DNA from: an uncultured bacterium
GTDB taxonomy: Bacteria; CSSED10-310; CAZUFC01
Length of the DNA stretch: 64,000 nucleotides
Assembly (NCBI GenBank): GCA_964619725.1
Contig: CAZUFC010000013.1
Span: 46,570-110,569 of the forward strand
Direction of reading: 5' to 3'
The notes under the pieces were generated by a model. It searched no databases and was not told the DNA's origin. It worked only from the letters and a program-made list of their open reading frames with translations. Positions 49,148 through 57,526 of this stretch are shown here, piece after piece; position 1 is the first letter of the stretch, and the number at the start of each line of letters is the position of its first letter. Both the position numbers and the translations under genes were made by a program.

Positions 49148-50353
49148 ATGCGTTATAGTCTTTCATTAAAAATGGTTGGATATGTGATCGCTTTGAGCTT
49201 GCGGTATTTATTGTTTTCAGCGCTGCTGCTTTTAGTTTTGACTTTTATTATTTTCTGGTCGAGTCGTCCTATCATGACCGGAGAGACCCCTTTCGATAAA
49301 TTCATACAGCGTTTGCCTTCAAGACAGAGATATATATTGAGGCAAAATTTGTTTGACGACCAAAAGGAATCATTGAAAAATTCAACGGAGCATTATTATG
49401 AAAAAGAATATCAGGAAATCCTGGAAAGCTTAGCTGCTGCCCATCTCGGAAAACTTCTGTCTGATTCCGAAATTAACGGGCAAACCAGGTCGCTTATTCG
49501 GGATTATTATTTAGAGGGCTTAAACAGGGAGGGCTTGAGTCAAAAATATGGGTTCAGAGTTAAAGAGATTGATGCGATCATTAAACGCTCTCCGGTTTTG
49601 TTCAACGAAAAGCAAATGATCCATTATCTGAAAAAACTGGAACCTTCGCTGTTTCATGATTATTTTGCACATATGAAAAAACTGATCGCCGGCCATGCTT
49701 ACGATCAAGGACGACCTGTTTTCCAGATTTTCTTCGACCGTTTCAAAACGACTTTGTCGATAACCATCGGCGCTTTGTTGTTAAGTTCGCTGATCGCCGG
49801 GACATTTGTCTGGATTCAGATTAAATACCCATTGTTTGGCGTGACGACCAATGCGTTCTATTTGTTTTCGATCTGTCCCGTTTTTATACTGGGGTACATA
49901 ATTTATCTGGCCGTATGGAAAACAGCGGGAGTATCGCCGTTGACGAAGCTTTATCCAGCGATTATCGCTTTAGCTCTGGGCGACGGACTTATTTTTGATA
50001 CCGGACGCGTAATAAAAGATACCGTTACGACAGTGACTAATCGTCACTACATAAAGGCGATAAGAGCCCGAGGCCTTAATGAGAAGAAGCATCTGGCCCG
50101 GTCACTGATTTTACCTCTTGCCGTGATTCTGCAGACTCGTTTCATGTTTCTGCTTGGAGGCGTAGTTGTCGCAGAAAATGTATTTGAAATCCCCGGGATG
50201 GGAAATTGGCTGGTCGAGGCCGTTAAAGGCGAGGGTGAGAAAATAAACGTAATAATTTTGTTCACTGCTGTGTGCGTAATTCTCTCCCAATTGACGGCCG
50301 GATTGAATCGCTTGATTATGCACTTCTCAGAACCTCAATTGGAAAATATTTAA
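49148..50353 (+). CDS. ABC permease (OppB/DppB-like) with large soluble insertion
   Basis: 'YI.A.RARGL', 'LLGG.VV.E.VF.IPG.G'; about 120-aa insert after TM1. Confidence 0.85.
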   Translation: MRYSLSLKMVGYVIALSLRYLLFSALLLLVLTFIIFWSSRPIMTGETPFDKFIQRLPSRQRYILRQNLFDDQKESLKNSTEHYYEKEYQEILESLAAAHLGKLLSDSEINGQTRSLIRDYYLEGLNREGLSQKYGFRVKEIDAIIKRSPVLFNEKQMIHYLKKLEPSLFHDYFAHMKKLIAGHAYDQGRPVFQIFFDRFKTTLSITIGALLLSSLIAGTFVWIQIKYPLFGVTTNAFYLFSICPVFILGYIIYLAVWKTAGVSPLTKLYPAIIALALGDGLIFDTGRVIKDTVTTVTNRHYIKAIRARGLNEKKHLARSLILPLAVILQTRFMFLLGGVVVAENVFEIPGMGNWLVEAVKGEGEKINVIILFTAVCVILSQLTAGLNRLIMHFSEPQLENI

Positions 50354-50356
50354 TCA

Positions 50357-51370
50357 ATGGCCGTATTCAGCGAAAACAGGAATTTTTTCAACCGGATTAG
50401 AACTGGCCGCCCCGGAAAGAAGGCGGGGTTGATCCAGCTTGCCTTCGGAATAATGACGATGATTGTCTTCGGCATCTGCACTCTCTACCAAGGACCCCTA
50501 ACGAGAGAATATGAGGTTGTCTCGACAAAAGCTGCAAATTATCGCCTGGCTTTACCTCCGACATTATTTCCCTTCAATTTTTTTTTTCAGGAATCCCATA
50601 GCGAACAAAAGGGGGGGCTGGATTCCCCTGCTTCGTTTTACTCAACCGAAAAAACAGTAAGGGAAATTCCGGTATCGAATGTTTCATTTCTTCTGGGCAC
50701 GGACCAGGCAGGAAGAAGCATCGCGGCAGGTTTGATCCGCGGGGTCAAAGCTGCATTTTTCCCTGCTTTAATCAGCGTCGCCTCCATGATGGGCTTCAGT
50801 ATCCTTTTAGGCAGCATTACCGGGTTTTCAGACGGATTACTCGAAAAAATCGTGAATATGATGTTTCGTGCTTTGAATGCTTTGCCTGGTCTTGTTCTGG
50901 TCATTATCGCCGGCTATATGAGCAGACGCAGCCTGTTGTTTATCATGATAGCCGTCGGCATCGCCAATATACCTCGTTTGACCATGCAGATCAGAAATGA
51001 AATTCAGCGTTTCAGGGATAATCAGTTTATTGAAGCCGCTCGCCAAATGGGCTTATCCAATTTTACAATCGTCGGCAAACACATTCTATGGAAAAACTGC
51101 CGCACAATTCTTTTCAGAGAAGCCGCATTTTGCATGGCTTCAGCCATATTGATCGAAACCACACTTTCTTTTCTCGGTATTGGTCCTGAACCTCTTGAAG
51201 GTACCACGAGCTGGGGCTATATGGTTGCTTTCGGTAAAAGCATGATTTTTAAAAATAAATTTTGGGTTTCAGGCATACCCGCTATGGCGGTAATTTTAAG
51301 CATATTTGGGTTTTACTCCCTCGGAGAAGGAGCAGCACGAATAATCGAGAAGCGGAAAATAGATCGATGA
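50357..51370 (+). CDS. ABC permease (OppC/DppC-like)
   Basis: 'LGTD..GR', 'FIEAAR.MG.S...I..KHI', 'E..LSFLG.G', 'SWG.M'. Confidence 0.92.
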   Translation: MAVFSENRNFFNRIRTGRPGKKAGLIQLAFGIMTMIVFGICTLYQGPLTREYEVVSTKAANYRLALPPTLFPFNFFFQESHSEQKGGLDSPASFYSTEKTVREIPVSNVSFLLGTDQAGRSIAAGLIRGVKAAFFPALISVASMMGFSILLGSITGFSDGLLEKIVNMMFRALNALPGLVLVIIAGYMSRRSLLFIMIAVGIANIPRLTMQIRNEIQRFRDNQFIEAARQMGLSNFTIVGKHILWKNCRTILFREAAFCMASAILIETTLSFLGIGPEPLEGTTSWGYMVAFGKSMIFKNKFWVSGIPAMAVILSIFGFYSLGEGAARIIEKRKIDR

Positions 51371-52446
51371 ATGATCCGTTGATTCAAATAGAGAACCTGA
51401 AAATTTTTTTCGTCAATCGAAATATCTTTATAAGGGCCGTTGACGGTATTTCTCTTATAATCCGAAAAGGCGAAAGGTTCGGTCTTGTCGGCGAATCCGG
51501 CAGCGGTAAAAGCATGACGGCCGCTGGGATTATGGGTCTTATTTCAGGTTTGCCAGGAATCATCGAAGGCAGAATTTTTTTCCAAAACTTGAACCTTCTG
51601 AAAAATTTAGAAAGATATTGCCGGATTGAAAAAAAAGAGGGGCGGCTTGTTATCAAAAAAAAAATCAACACCTGGCAAAAAATACACGACAAAACAATGA
51701 AGGGGGTGAGAGGAAAAAAAATAGCCATGGTGTTCCCTCATGCAACGGCTTCATTAGCGCCGTATTTAACTGTCGGAAATCAAATATCTGAATCGCTCAG
51801 ACGACATCAATTATTATCTTCAAATGATTCTGCCGAAAGCGTCATCTTGGATTGGCTCAATAAGATGGGTTTTGAGAATCCAGATTTAATAGCAAAAGCT
51901 TACCCAAATCAATTAAGCGGAGGTATGAATCAGAGAATAGCGATAATACTGAGCCTGCTGACCAAACCTGATTTACTTATTGCCGACGAACCGACGACTG
52001 CTGTCGATCCTATAACGGAAGCCCGTATAATGAAACATTTGGACAACCTGCAAAAGCAGTTCGGCTTTTCTTTGTTTCTTATCTCTCATAATATTGCCCT
52101 GATAAAAAAAATGACTGATATGATCGCTGTAATGTATAGGGGCAGAATCCTGGAAATGGGTCCCACGAAGGAAATAACGGCTGAAATGATTCCGAAACAT
52201 CCTTACACGGAAAAACTCCTGAATGCCGTTCCCAAAATGCAAAAAAAGAAAAAACATTTTCCAGAGAAAAAAGCTGAAAAGTTCTCTTCGGAAGATGTTT
52301 CTGATGCCTACGGGTGTCCGTATTTTGCCGATTGCGAATATGCTGAATCCGGGGATTCCGCAATGCCCTGCGACCGTGAGCCGCCGGTTCCCTTTTATGT
52401 GAATCCCGATCATTATATATGTTGTCAGAAGTTTGGAAGACGTTGA
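51367..52446 (+). CDS. ABC ATP-binding protein (OppD-like)
   Basis: GESGSGKS, 'YP.QLSGGM.QR', 'ADEPTT', 'ISHN', 'HPYT..L', Cys-rich C-terminus; ATG overlaps upstream TGA. Confidence 0.93.
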   Translation: MNDPLIQIENLKIFFVNRNIFIRAVDGISLIIRKGERFGLVGESGSGKSMTAAGIMGLISGLPGIIEGRIFFQNLNLLKNLERYCRIEKKEGRLVIKKKINTWQKIHDKTMKGVRGKKIAMVFPHATASLAPYLTVGNQISESLRRHQLLSSNDSAESVILDWLNKMGFENPDLIAKAYPNQLSGGMNQRIAIILSLLTKPDLLIADEPTTAVDPITEARIMKHLDNLQKQFGFSLFLISHNIALIKKMTDMIAVMYRGRILEMGPTKEITAEMIPKHPYTEKLLNAVPKMQKKKKHFPEKKAEKFSSEDVSDAYGCPYFADCEYAESGDSAMPCDREPPVPFYVNPDHYICCQKFGRR

Positions 52447-52448
52447 GA

Positions 52449-53429
52449 ATGATAATGCAAGCGCCCTTATTGATTATTCATGATTTGACGAAATATTATC
52501 AGCAAAAAACAGGCCTGGGATTCCATGCGCGAAGAAAAATGGTCTTGAATCGAATCAATATGGAAGCGCATGCTGAAGAGATAGTCGGAATAGTCGGCGA
52601 AAGCGGAAGCGGGAAAACGACTCTTTTACGTTGCGCGACGAAGTTGATCCCCGCTGATGAAGGGGAGGTTATATTTAAGGGTGTGAAACTTTTTGAAATT
52701 CCGGAGAAAAAATTAAGGAGCATTCGGAAGGAAATTAGAATGATCTTTCAGGACCCTTTGAGTTCATTGAATCCTGGAATGACGATTGAAGAGACTCTTC
52801 GGGAAGCGGGTAAAATTTATTTGAAAGAGAATGATTTAAAAGACAGAAGTAACTTTAATGAATATTTGGAAATGGTGCGTTTATCGCCGCGTCATTTGAA
52901 TAAGTACCCTTTTGAGCTGAGCAGCGGCGAATTGCGCCGGGCCGGATTAGCGAGAGCGATAATGGGGAATCCTTCTCTCATTATGGCCGACGAACCTGTA
53001 TCCGGCATCGATGCTCCGCTGCAATCCGATATCGTGGAATTATTTTTGAGATTGCAGCGAACTCTCAAATTGAGTATGCTTTTTGTGTCTCACAATATTG
53101 CTTTGGTGAAAAGCATCAGTGATCGCATAGTCGTAATGTTGAAGGGAAGGATTGTAGAGATGGGCAGAAATGAGTTTTTTAGTGAAACGAACAGTCGGCA
53201 TCCTTATACGCGGAGACTGATAAAGTCTGTGAACTGGGAGCCGGAAAGTTACGATACGTCTATTGAAGCAGGAAGAAGTAGAGAAATGGAAGAAGCTTTT
53301 TGCCCTTTCTATGACAGATGCAAGCAAAGAAAAGAGTCAATCTGTCGAGAAGCCGGATATGAATTGATTGAAATAGAGGAGGGACATTGGTGTAGTTGTC
53401 CTCTGGAATTCAGCGAATGTTCATTGTAA
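52449..53429 (+). CDS. ABC ATP-binding protein (OppF-like)
   Basis: GESGSGKT, 'MIFQDP.SSLNP', 'YP.ELSSGE..R', 'ADEPVS', 'HPYT', 'CPF..RC'. Confidence 0.93.
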   Translation: MIMQAPLLIIHDLTKYYQQKTGLGFHARRKMVLNRINMEAHAEEIVGIVGESGSGKTTLLRCATKLIPADEGEVIFKGVKLFEIPEKKLRSIRKEIRMIFQDPLSSLNPGMTIEETLREAGKIYLKENDLKDRSNFNEYLEMVRLSPRHLNKYPFELSSGELRRAGLARAIMGNPSLIMADEPVSGIDAPLQSDIVELFLRLQRTLKLSMLFVSHNIALVKSISDRIVVMLKGRIVEMGRNEFFSETNSRHPYTRRLIKSVNWEPESYDTSIEAGRSREMEEAFCPFYDRCKQRKESICREAGYELIEIEEGHWCSCPLEFSECSL

Positions 53430-53446
53430 TATTAAAGCGGTGAGAG

Positions 53447-53977
53447 ATGATGAAATTAGAGATCATGGAGGGAAAAGTGAAAGGAAAGAGGAGTATTATT
53501 TTATTAATTATCGGGATAATGGCTTTTGGCTGTGCGGCATCGCGAAAAGCGGAATATGGCTTTCGGGTTATTGAAGACAAGTCGGGCATATATGGAGGAA
53601 TCCGTATCGATCCGGGGAGTGATGTTCCTTTGATACCGTCCGAAAAGCGAACGGCGTTGGATTGTTCCATCAACAACGAGGCTGTATTGTATCTTGAATT
53701 TTACGGCCGATGCGTCGGATATAACGTCGTTACTGAATGGCTGGACCCTCAAGGCTCGGTTTTTACGAGCAACGAAAACAAAATACCGCCGGAGAAAAGC
53801 GGAAAAAAGGGCTACTGCAAATATTCCTTTTGGGAAAAAATGGACCTGACTTTTGTGCGCGGCCTGGTGCCGGAGGGTCAATGGCGGGTGAGAATTACCT
53901 TCAATCCCATACTTTTGGATGACACGGATTTAAGACCTGTAACGAAGGAATTCCCTTTTCAGTTGGAATGCAGATAA
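53447..53977 (+). CDS. Hypothetical lipoprotein
   Basis: 'AFGC' lipobox; Ig-like 'W.DP.G', 'G.W.V.I'. Confidence 0.65.
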   Translation: MMKLEIMEGKVKGKRSIILLIIGIMAFGCAASRKAEYGFRVIEDKSGIYGGIRIDPGSDVPLIPSEKRTALDCSINNEAVLYLEFYGRCVGYNVVTEWLDPQGSVFTSNENKIPPEKSGKKGYCKYSFWEKMDLTFVRGLVPEGQWRVRITFNPILLDDTDLRPVTKEFPFQLECR

Positions 53978-53986
53978 ATAAGCGTA

Positions 53987-55570
53987 ATGAGGTTAAAAAT
54001 GAATCGAAATAAAGCATTAATCACAACAATCGTTATTGTTATGGTATTAGTATTGACGTCAGGGGCTGAAATGCAATTTGAAGAGACGATGAACATCATC
54101 CAGCCTTCTACCATCAACGAACTGAGAAGTGGTTATTGGATCAGGTCGCGAATTCTACCGATAAAGATAGAAGTTCGCCCTTGGTCGACGATCCGCAATG
54201 TTACGATGTTTTTCCATGAGCTGCCGGGAGGCGAGGAACAATTTATCGAATTGCGATTTGAAAAAGAAGATTATCAATTTTTCGGCTCTTTGGACAGTTC
54301 GGAGCTGGGCGCGGAAATAGAATTTTATTTTGTGGGATATGACGAAAGACAACGGGAAATCGCCCGATCGGACACTTACAGAATCCAATTTATCGCCGAT
54401 CCGATTATGACGGACTTCAGTCTTTTAGAATCGACGAAGATAAGAAGCGGCGCTTTCTGGAAAATCGGCCTGGGTTTGATAGCGGGCGCCGGCGTATATT
54501 TCGCTGCGGATTCAATGATCGATGATAATGAAGCCCCGGATGTCTCCTTGACGGCTGACAGAACAGCGATCAATACGGGAGAAACGGTTACTTTGAGGGC
54601 AGAAGCCGATGATCCTGACGGAAGCGACGGAAAAATAGAATTCAAGTGGCGCTCTGATCCCGGCGGGACATTTTTTGATGAATCCGGGAACGCGATACCG
54701 GATGCTGGTGAATATTTTCGGGGGAGGAATGTGGTCAAATGGTCGGATACCGATCTCGGATTTTTCGCTGATAGCATGGATCGAAAAATTTCAAGGCGTA
54801 GTAACCTTGGCGATGTAGTATCACAAGATAAAAGTTCCACGTTGAAAAACGCCTCGGACCTTAATCGAGCAAGAATCCAAAGCAGTATTGCCCCAGTAAA
54901 AAATGCGTCGCTTCGTGAAAATTCAATTTCTCCATATAAAAGGTCGATGATGAATTCTTCGGAACAAGTTTACGAGATAAAGGTCAGCGTCAAAGATGAA
55001 GATGGTGAAAAAGCATCAGCCGGAATTACCATCTCCGTTCAATACGAAGAATCCACTCAAACCCCTACCTTTACCCCAACTCCTCAGCAGTCGGAGACTT
55101 ATACTCCCACTCCGACGCCGGAAGATGATTATTCTCCCACTCCGACCGCAACGCCTACCGGAACGTTTATACCTCCATCCGTAACCCCCACTCCATCACC
55201 AACCCCGACTCCTACATCGTCTCTGTGCTGGATTTATTCAGAAGCGCTGTTCACGCAAAATGATTTTCAAAAACGGGACTTGTTGGGAATAGTTCGCCTT
55301 ATGTTCACTTCTCAATCCGGAAAAGAGGTTTATGATTATCAGTTTAAATCGGAAGAACCCAGTCGCTATTATTACTGGATAAGAAGAAGCGTAAATGTCG
55401 GATATTATCGCATCAACGCATGGCTGGATTTCAACGGCAATGGAGAGAGAGAAGAAAACGAAGCCCAGGTATTGCATAATAACGGTAACCCAGTCAATTT
55501 AGGTCCGAATGAACAACAGAATCCGTATCGGATAATTCTATCTTTTCCGAATGGGAGCGTTCCGGATTAA
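53987..55570 (+). CDS. Secreted multidomain protein with PKD/Ig-like domain and Thr/Pro linker
   Basis: Signal peptide, internal Gly-rich hydrophobic segment, 'GETVTL.A.A.DPDG....F.W', TPTP repeats, 'D.NGNG'. Confidence 0.65.
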   Translation: MRLKMNRNKALITTIVIVMVLVLTSGAEMQFEETMNIIQPSTINELRSGYWIRSRILPIKIEVRPWSTIRNVTMFFHELPGGEEQFIELRFEKEDYQFFGSLDSSELGAEIEFYFVGYDERQREIARSDTYRIQFIADPIMTDFSLLESTKIRSGAFWKIGLGLIAGAGVYFAADSMIDDNEAPDVSLTADRTAINTGETVTLRAEADDPDGSDGKIEFKWRSDPGGTFFDESGNAIPDAGEYFRGRNVVKWSDTDLGFFADSMDRKISRRSNLGDVVSQDKSSTLKNASDLNRARIQSSIAPVKNASLRENSISPYKRSMMNSSEQVYEIKVSVKDEDGEKASAGITISVQYEESTQTPTFTPTPQQSETYTPTPTPEDDYSPTPTATPTGTFIPPSVTPTPSPTPTPTSSLCWIYSEALFTQNDFQKRDLLGIVRLMFTSQSGKEVYDYQFKSEEPSRYYYWIRRSVNVGYYRINAWLDFNGNGEREENEAQVLHNNGNPVNLGPNEQQNPYRIILSFPNGSVPD

Positions 55571-55593
55571 AGGCAAGCGAAGGACTGGACAAG

Positions 55594-57525
55594 ATGATTT
55601 TATGCCCTAAATGCAATTTTAAAAACAACGATGACGCTGATGCATGCTATCATTGCGGTTACAAGTTTTCTGATGAAACGATAAGCATTGACTCGGCAGG
55701 CGATTCGGCTCAACCCGATACGAATACCAAGGATCAGCGCGTTCCCGATACCCCTGTCAAATTGCCCAGTAATCCTTTTGGGTTGAAGGGCGACGAACTC
55801 CTGGCCGGTCGTTACAAGGTTTTAAAAATGCTGGGACGGGGCGGCATGGGCGCTGTTTTCAAGGTCCTGGATACCATGATCGGCGAAATCGTCGCCCTGA
55901 AACTCATGAACCCGGTCATCACTTCTGACGAAGAATATGTTCATCGGTTCATGCGCGAGGCTAAACTAGCGCAACCGATGATGCATGAAGGAATCATGCG
56001 GATTTATCACATCGATAGGATAAGGTTGGCGATTGATGGAAAAGAGACGGAAACCCACTACCTGGTCATGGAGTATCTGGAAGGCGTCAATCTTACTTCC
56101 TGGATGAAACAACAACAGGAACCCGTGCCGGTCCCGCTTGCTTTGGATTTCTGTCGTCAATTATGCCGAATATTGGATTATGCGCATAAATTCATGATCC
56201 ACAGAGACATAAAACCCAGCAACATAATGGTCGGCAAAAATAATAAGATAACATTAATGGACTTCGGAATAGCTAAAACCGAAGATGCAACGCTTTTGAC
56301 CAAAAGCGGCTGGTTTATCGGAAGCCCCCAGTATGCCGCCCCCGAACAATTCGAAGATGCCGCCGCCGTTACTCCGGCTTCGGATATTTATTCCATCGGC
56401 GTTATCCTTTATGAGCTTCTCACGGGGCTTAAACCTCGAGGCGTGACCGCTCTGCCGACCGATTTGAGGAATGATGTGCCGAAAAAACTCGACGATATAA
56501 TTCGCTGCTCTCTTCAGAATGATCCCCAAGTCAGATATCAGACAGCAGATGAAATGCTGGAAGCGCTGGATACCGTCAATGAATCAATCGACAGGAGCTA
56601 CGATGAAAATTCGATTCAAGGCCAGGAAGCAAAAAAACCCAAAAGAACAAAATACCGGGAAGGAAAAAAAGAACTTCTTAAACTGAGGAATCTGTTCGTT
56701 ATGTCTGCTTTTTCCATGCTGATAATGGTTGCTGCTGTTTTTTTCTTTCTGAAGGATGGAGACGACTGGTCTTTAGGACGAAGCAGCATCGCCGAATCCC
56801 AGGATTTCTTTGATGCGCAGGAGTATGAAAAGTATAAAATTTTTCACCTCGGGAAAGGCGTTAACCTGGAAACCGCGCTCATACCGCAAGGAAAAATTAC
56901 AATTACATCGACGGACGCCCCAGGCGCAAACACTGGATCGAATGGACCAACAGAGTTGTACGTTCCTCGACCGTTTTATCTCGGCAAACATGAAGTGACT
57001 CAGGCTCAATATGAACTTGTTACGGGAAATAACCCATCCCAAAGAAAAGATTGTCCTGAATGCCCGGTTGAAAATGTCGATTATGAGGAATGTTTGCTGT
57101 TTACTAAAGGACTAAACTCGATTATCGATAATTATGCCTTTCGACTGCCTACTGAGACGGAATGGGAATACGCCTGCAGAACTGACAGCGCAACAGATTC
57201 ATTTGATGATCCGAATCTGATGTTTTGGTGGAAGGAAAATGCGGAAGGAAAAACTCAGCCGGTGGGACAGATGAAAGCAAATGCATGGGGATTGAGCGAC
57301 ATGCTGGGCAATGTGTGGGAGTGGTGCGCTAACCTCAAAACTGCGGGAAAGCAAGGCGGAAACTCTAATGCTGCGGTTACAGCTATAAGGGGCGGTTCGA
57401 GCTGGAGTGATCTTGACGGCGTTAATCCTTCCAGCAGAATCCTTATCAACTATTCTGAAAAAAGGCCGAATCTTGGTTTCCGGATTCTGGCGGAGAAAAC
57501 AAAACCGGATCGAATCGACCGATAA
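55594..57525 (+). CDS. Hanks-type Ser/Thr kinase: zinc ribbon - kinase - TM - FGE-sulfatase (SUMF1-like) domain
   Basis: CPKC..CYHC; GRGGMG, VALK, HRDIKPSN, DFG, APE; TM; 'EVT..QY', 'RLPTE.EWEYACR', 'N.WGL.DM.GNV.EW', 'RGGS', 'GFR'. Confidence 0.93.
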   Translation: MILCPKCNFKNNDDADACYHCGYKFSDETISIDSAGDSAQPDTNTKDQRVPDTPVKLPSNPFGLKGDELLAGRYKVLKMLGRGGMGAVFKVLDTMIGEIVALKLMNPVITSDEEYVHRFMREAKLAQPMMHEGIMRIYHIDRIRLAIDGKETETHYLVMEYLEGVNLTSWMKQQQEPVPVPLALDFCRQLCRILDYAHKFMIHRDIKPSNIMVGKNNKITLMDFGIAKTEDATLLTKSGWFIGSPQYAAPEQFEDAAAVTPASDIYSIGVILYELLTGLKPRGVTALPTDLRNDVPKKLDDIIRCSLQNDPQVRYQTADEMLEALDTVNESIDRSYDENSIQGQEAKKPKRTKYREGKKELLKLRNLFVMSAFSMLIMVAAVFFFLKDGDDWSLGRSSIAESQDFFDAQEYEKYKIFHLGKGVNLETALIPQGKITITSTDAPGANTGSNGPTELYVPRPFYLGKHEVTQAQYELVTGNNPSQRKDCPECPVENVDYEECLLFTKGLNSIIDNYAFRLPTETEWEYACRTDSATDSFDDPNLMFWWKENAEGKTQPVGQMKANAWGLSDMLGNVWEWCANLKTAGKQGGNSNAAVTAIRGGSSWSDLDGVNPSSRILINYSEKRPNLGFRILAEKTKPDRIDR

Positions 57526-57526
57526 A

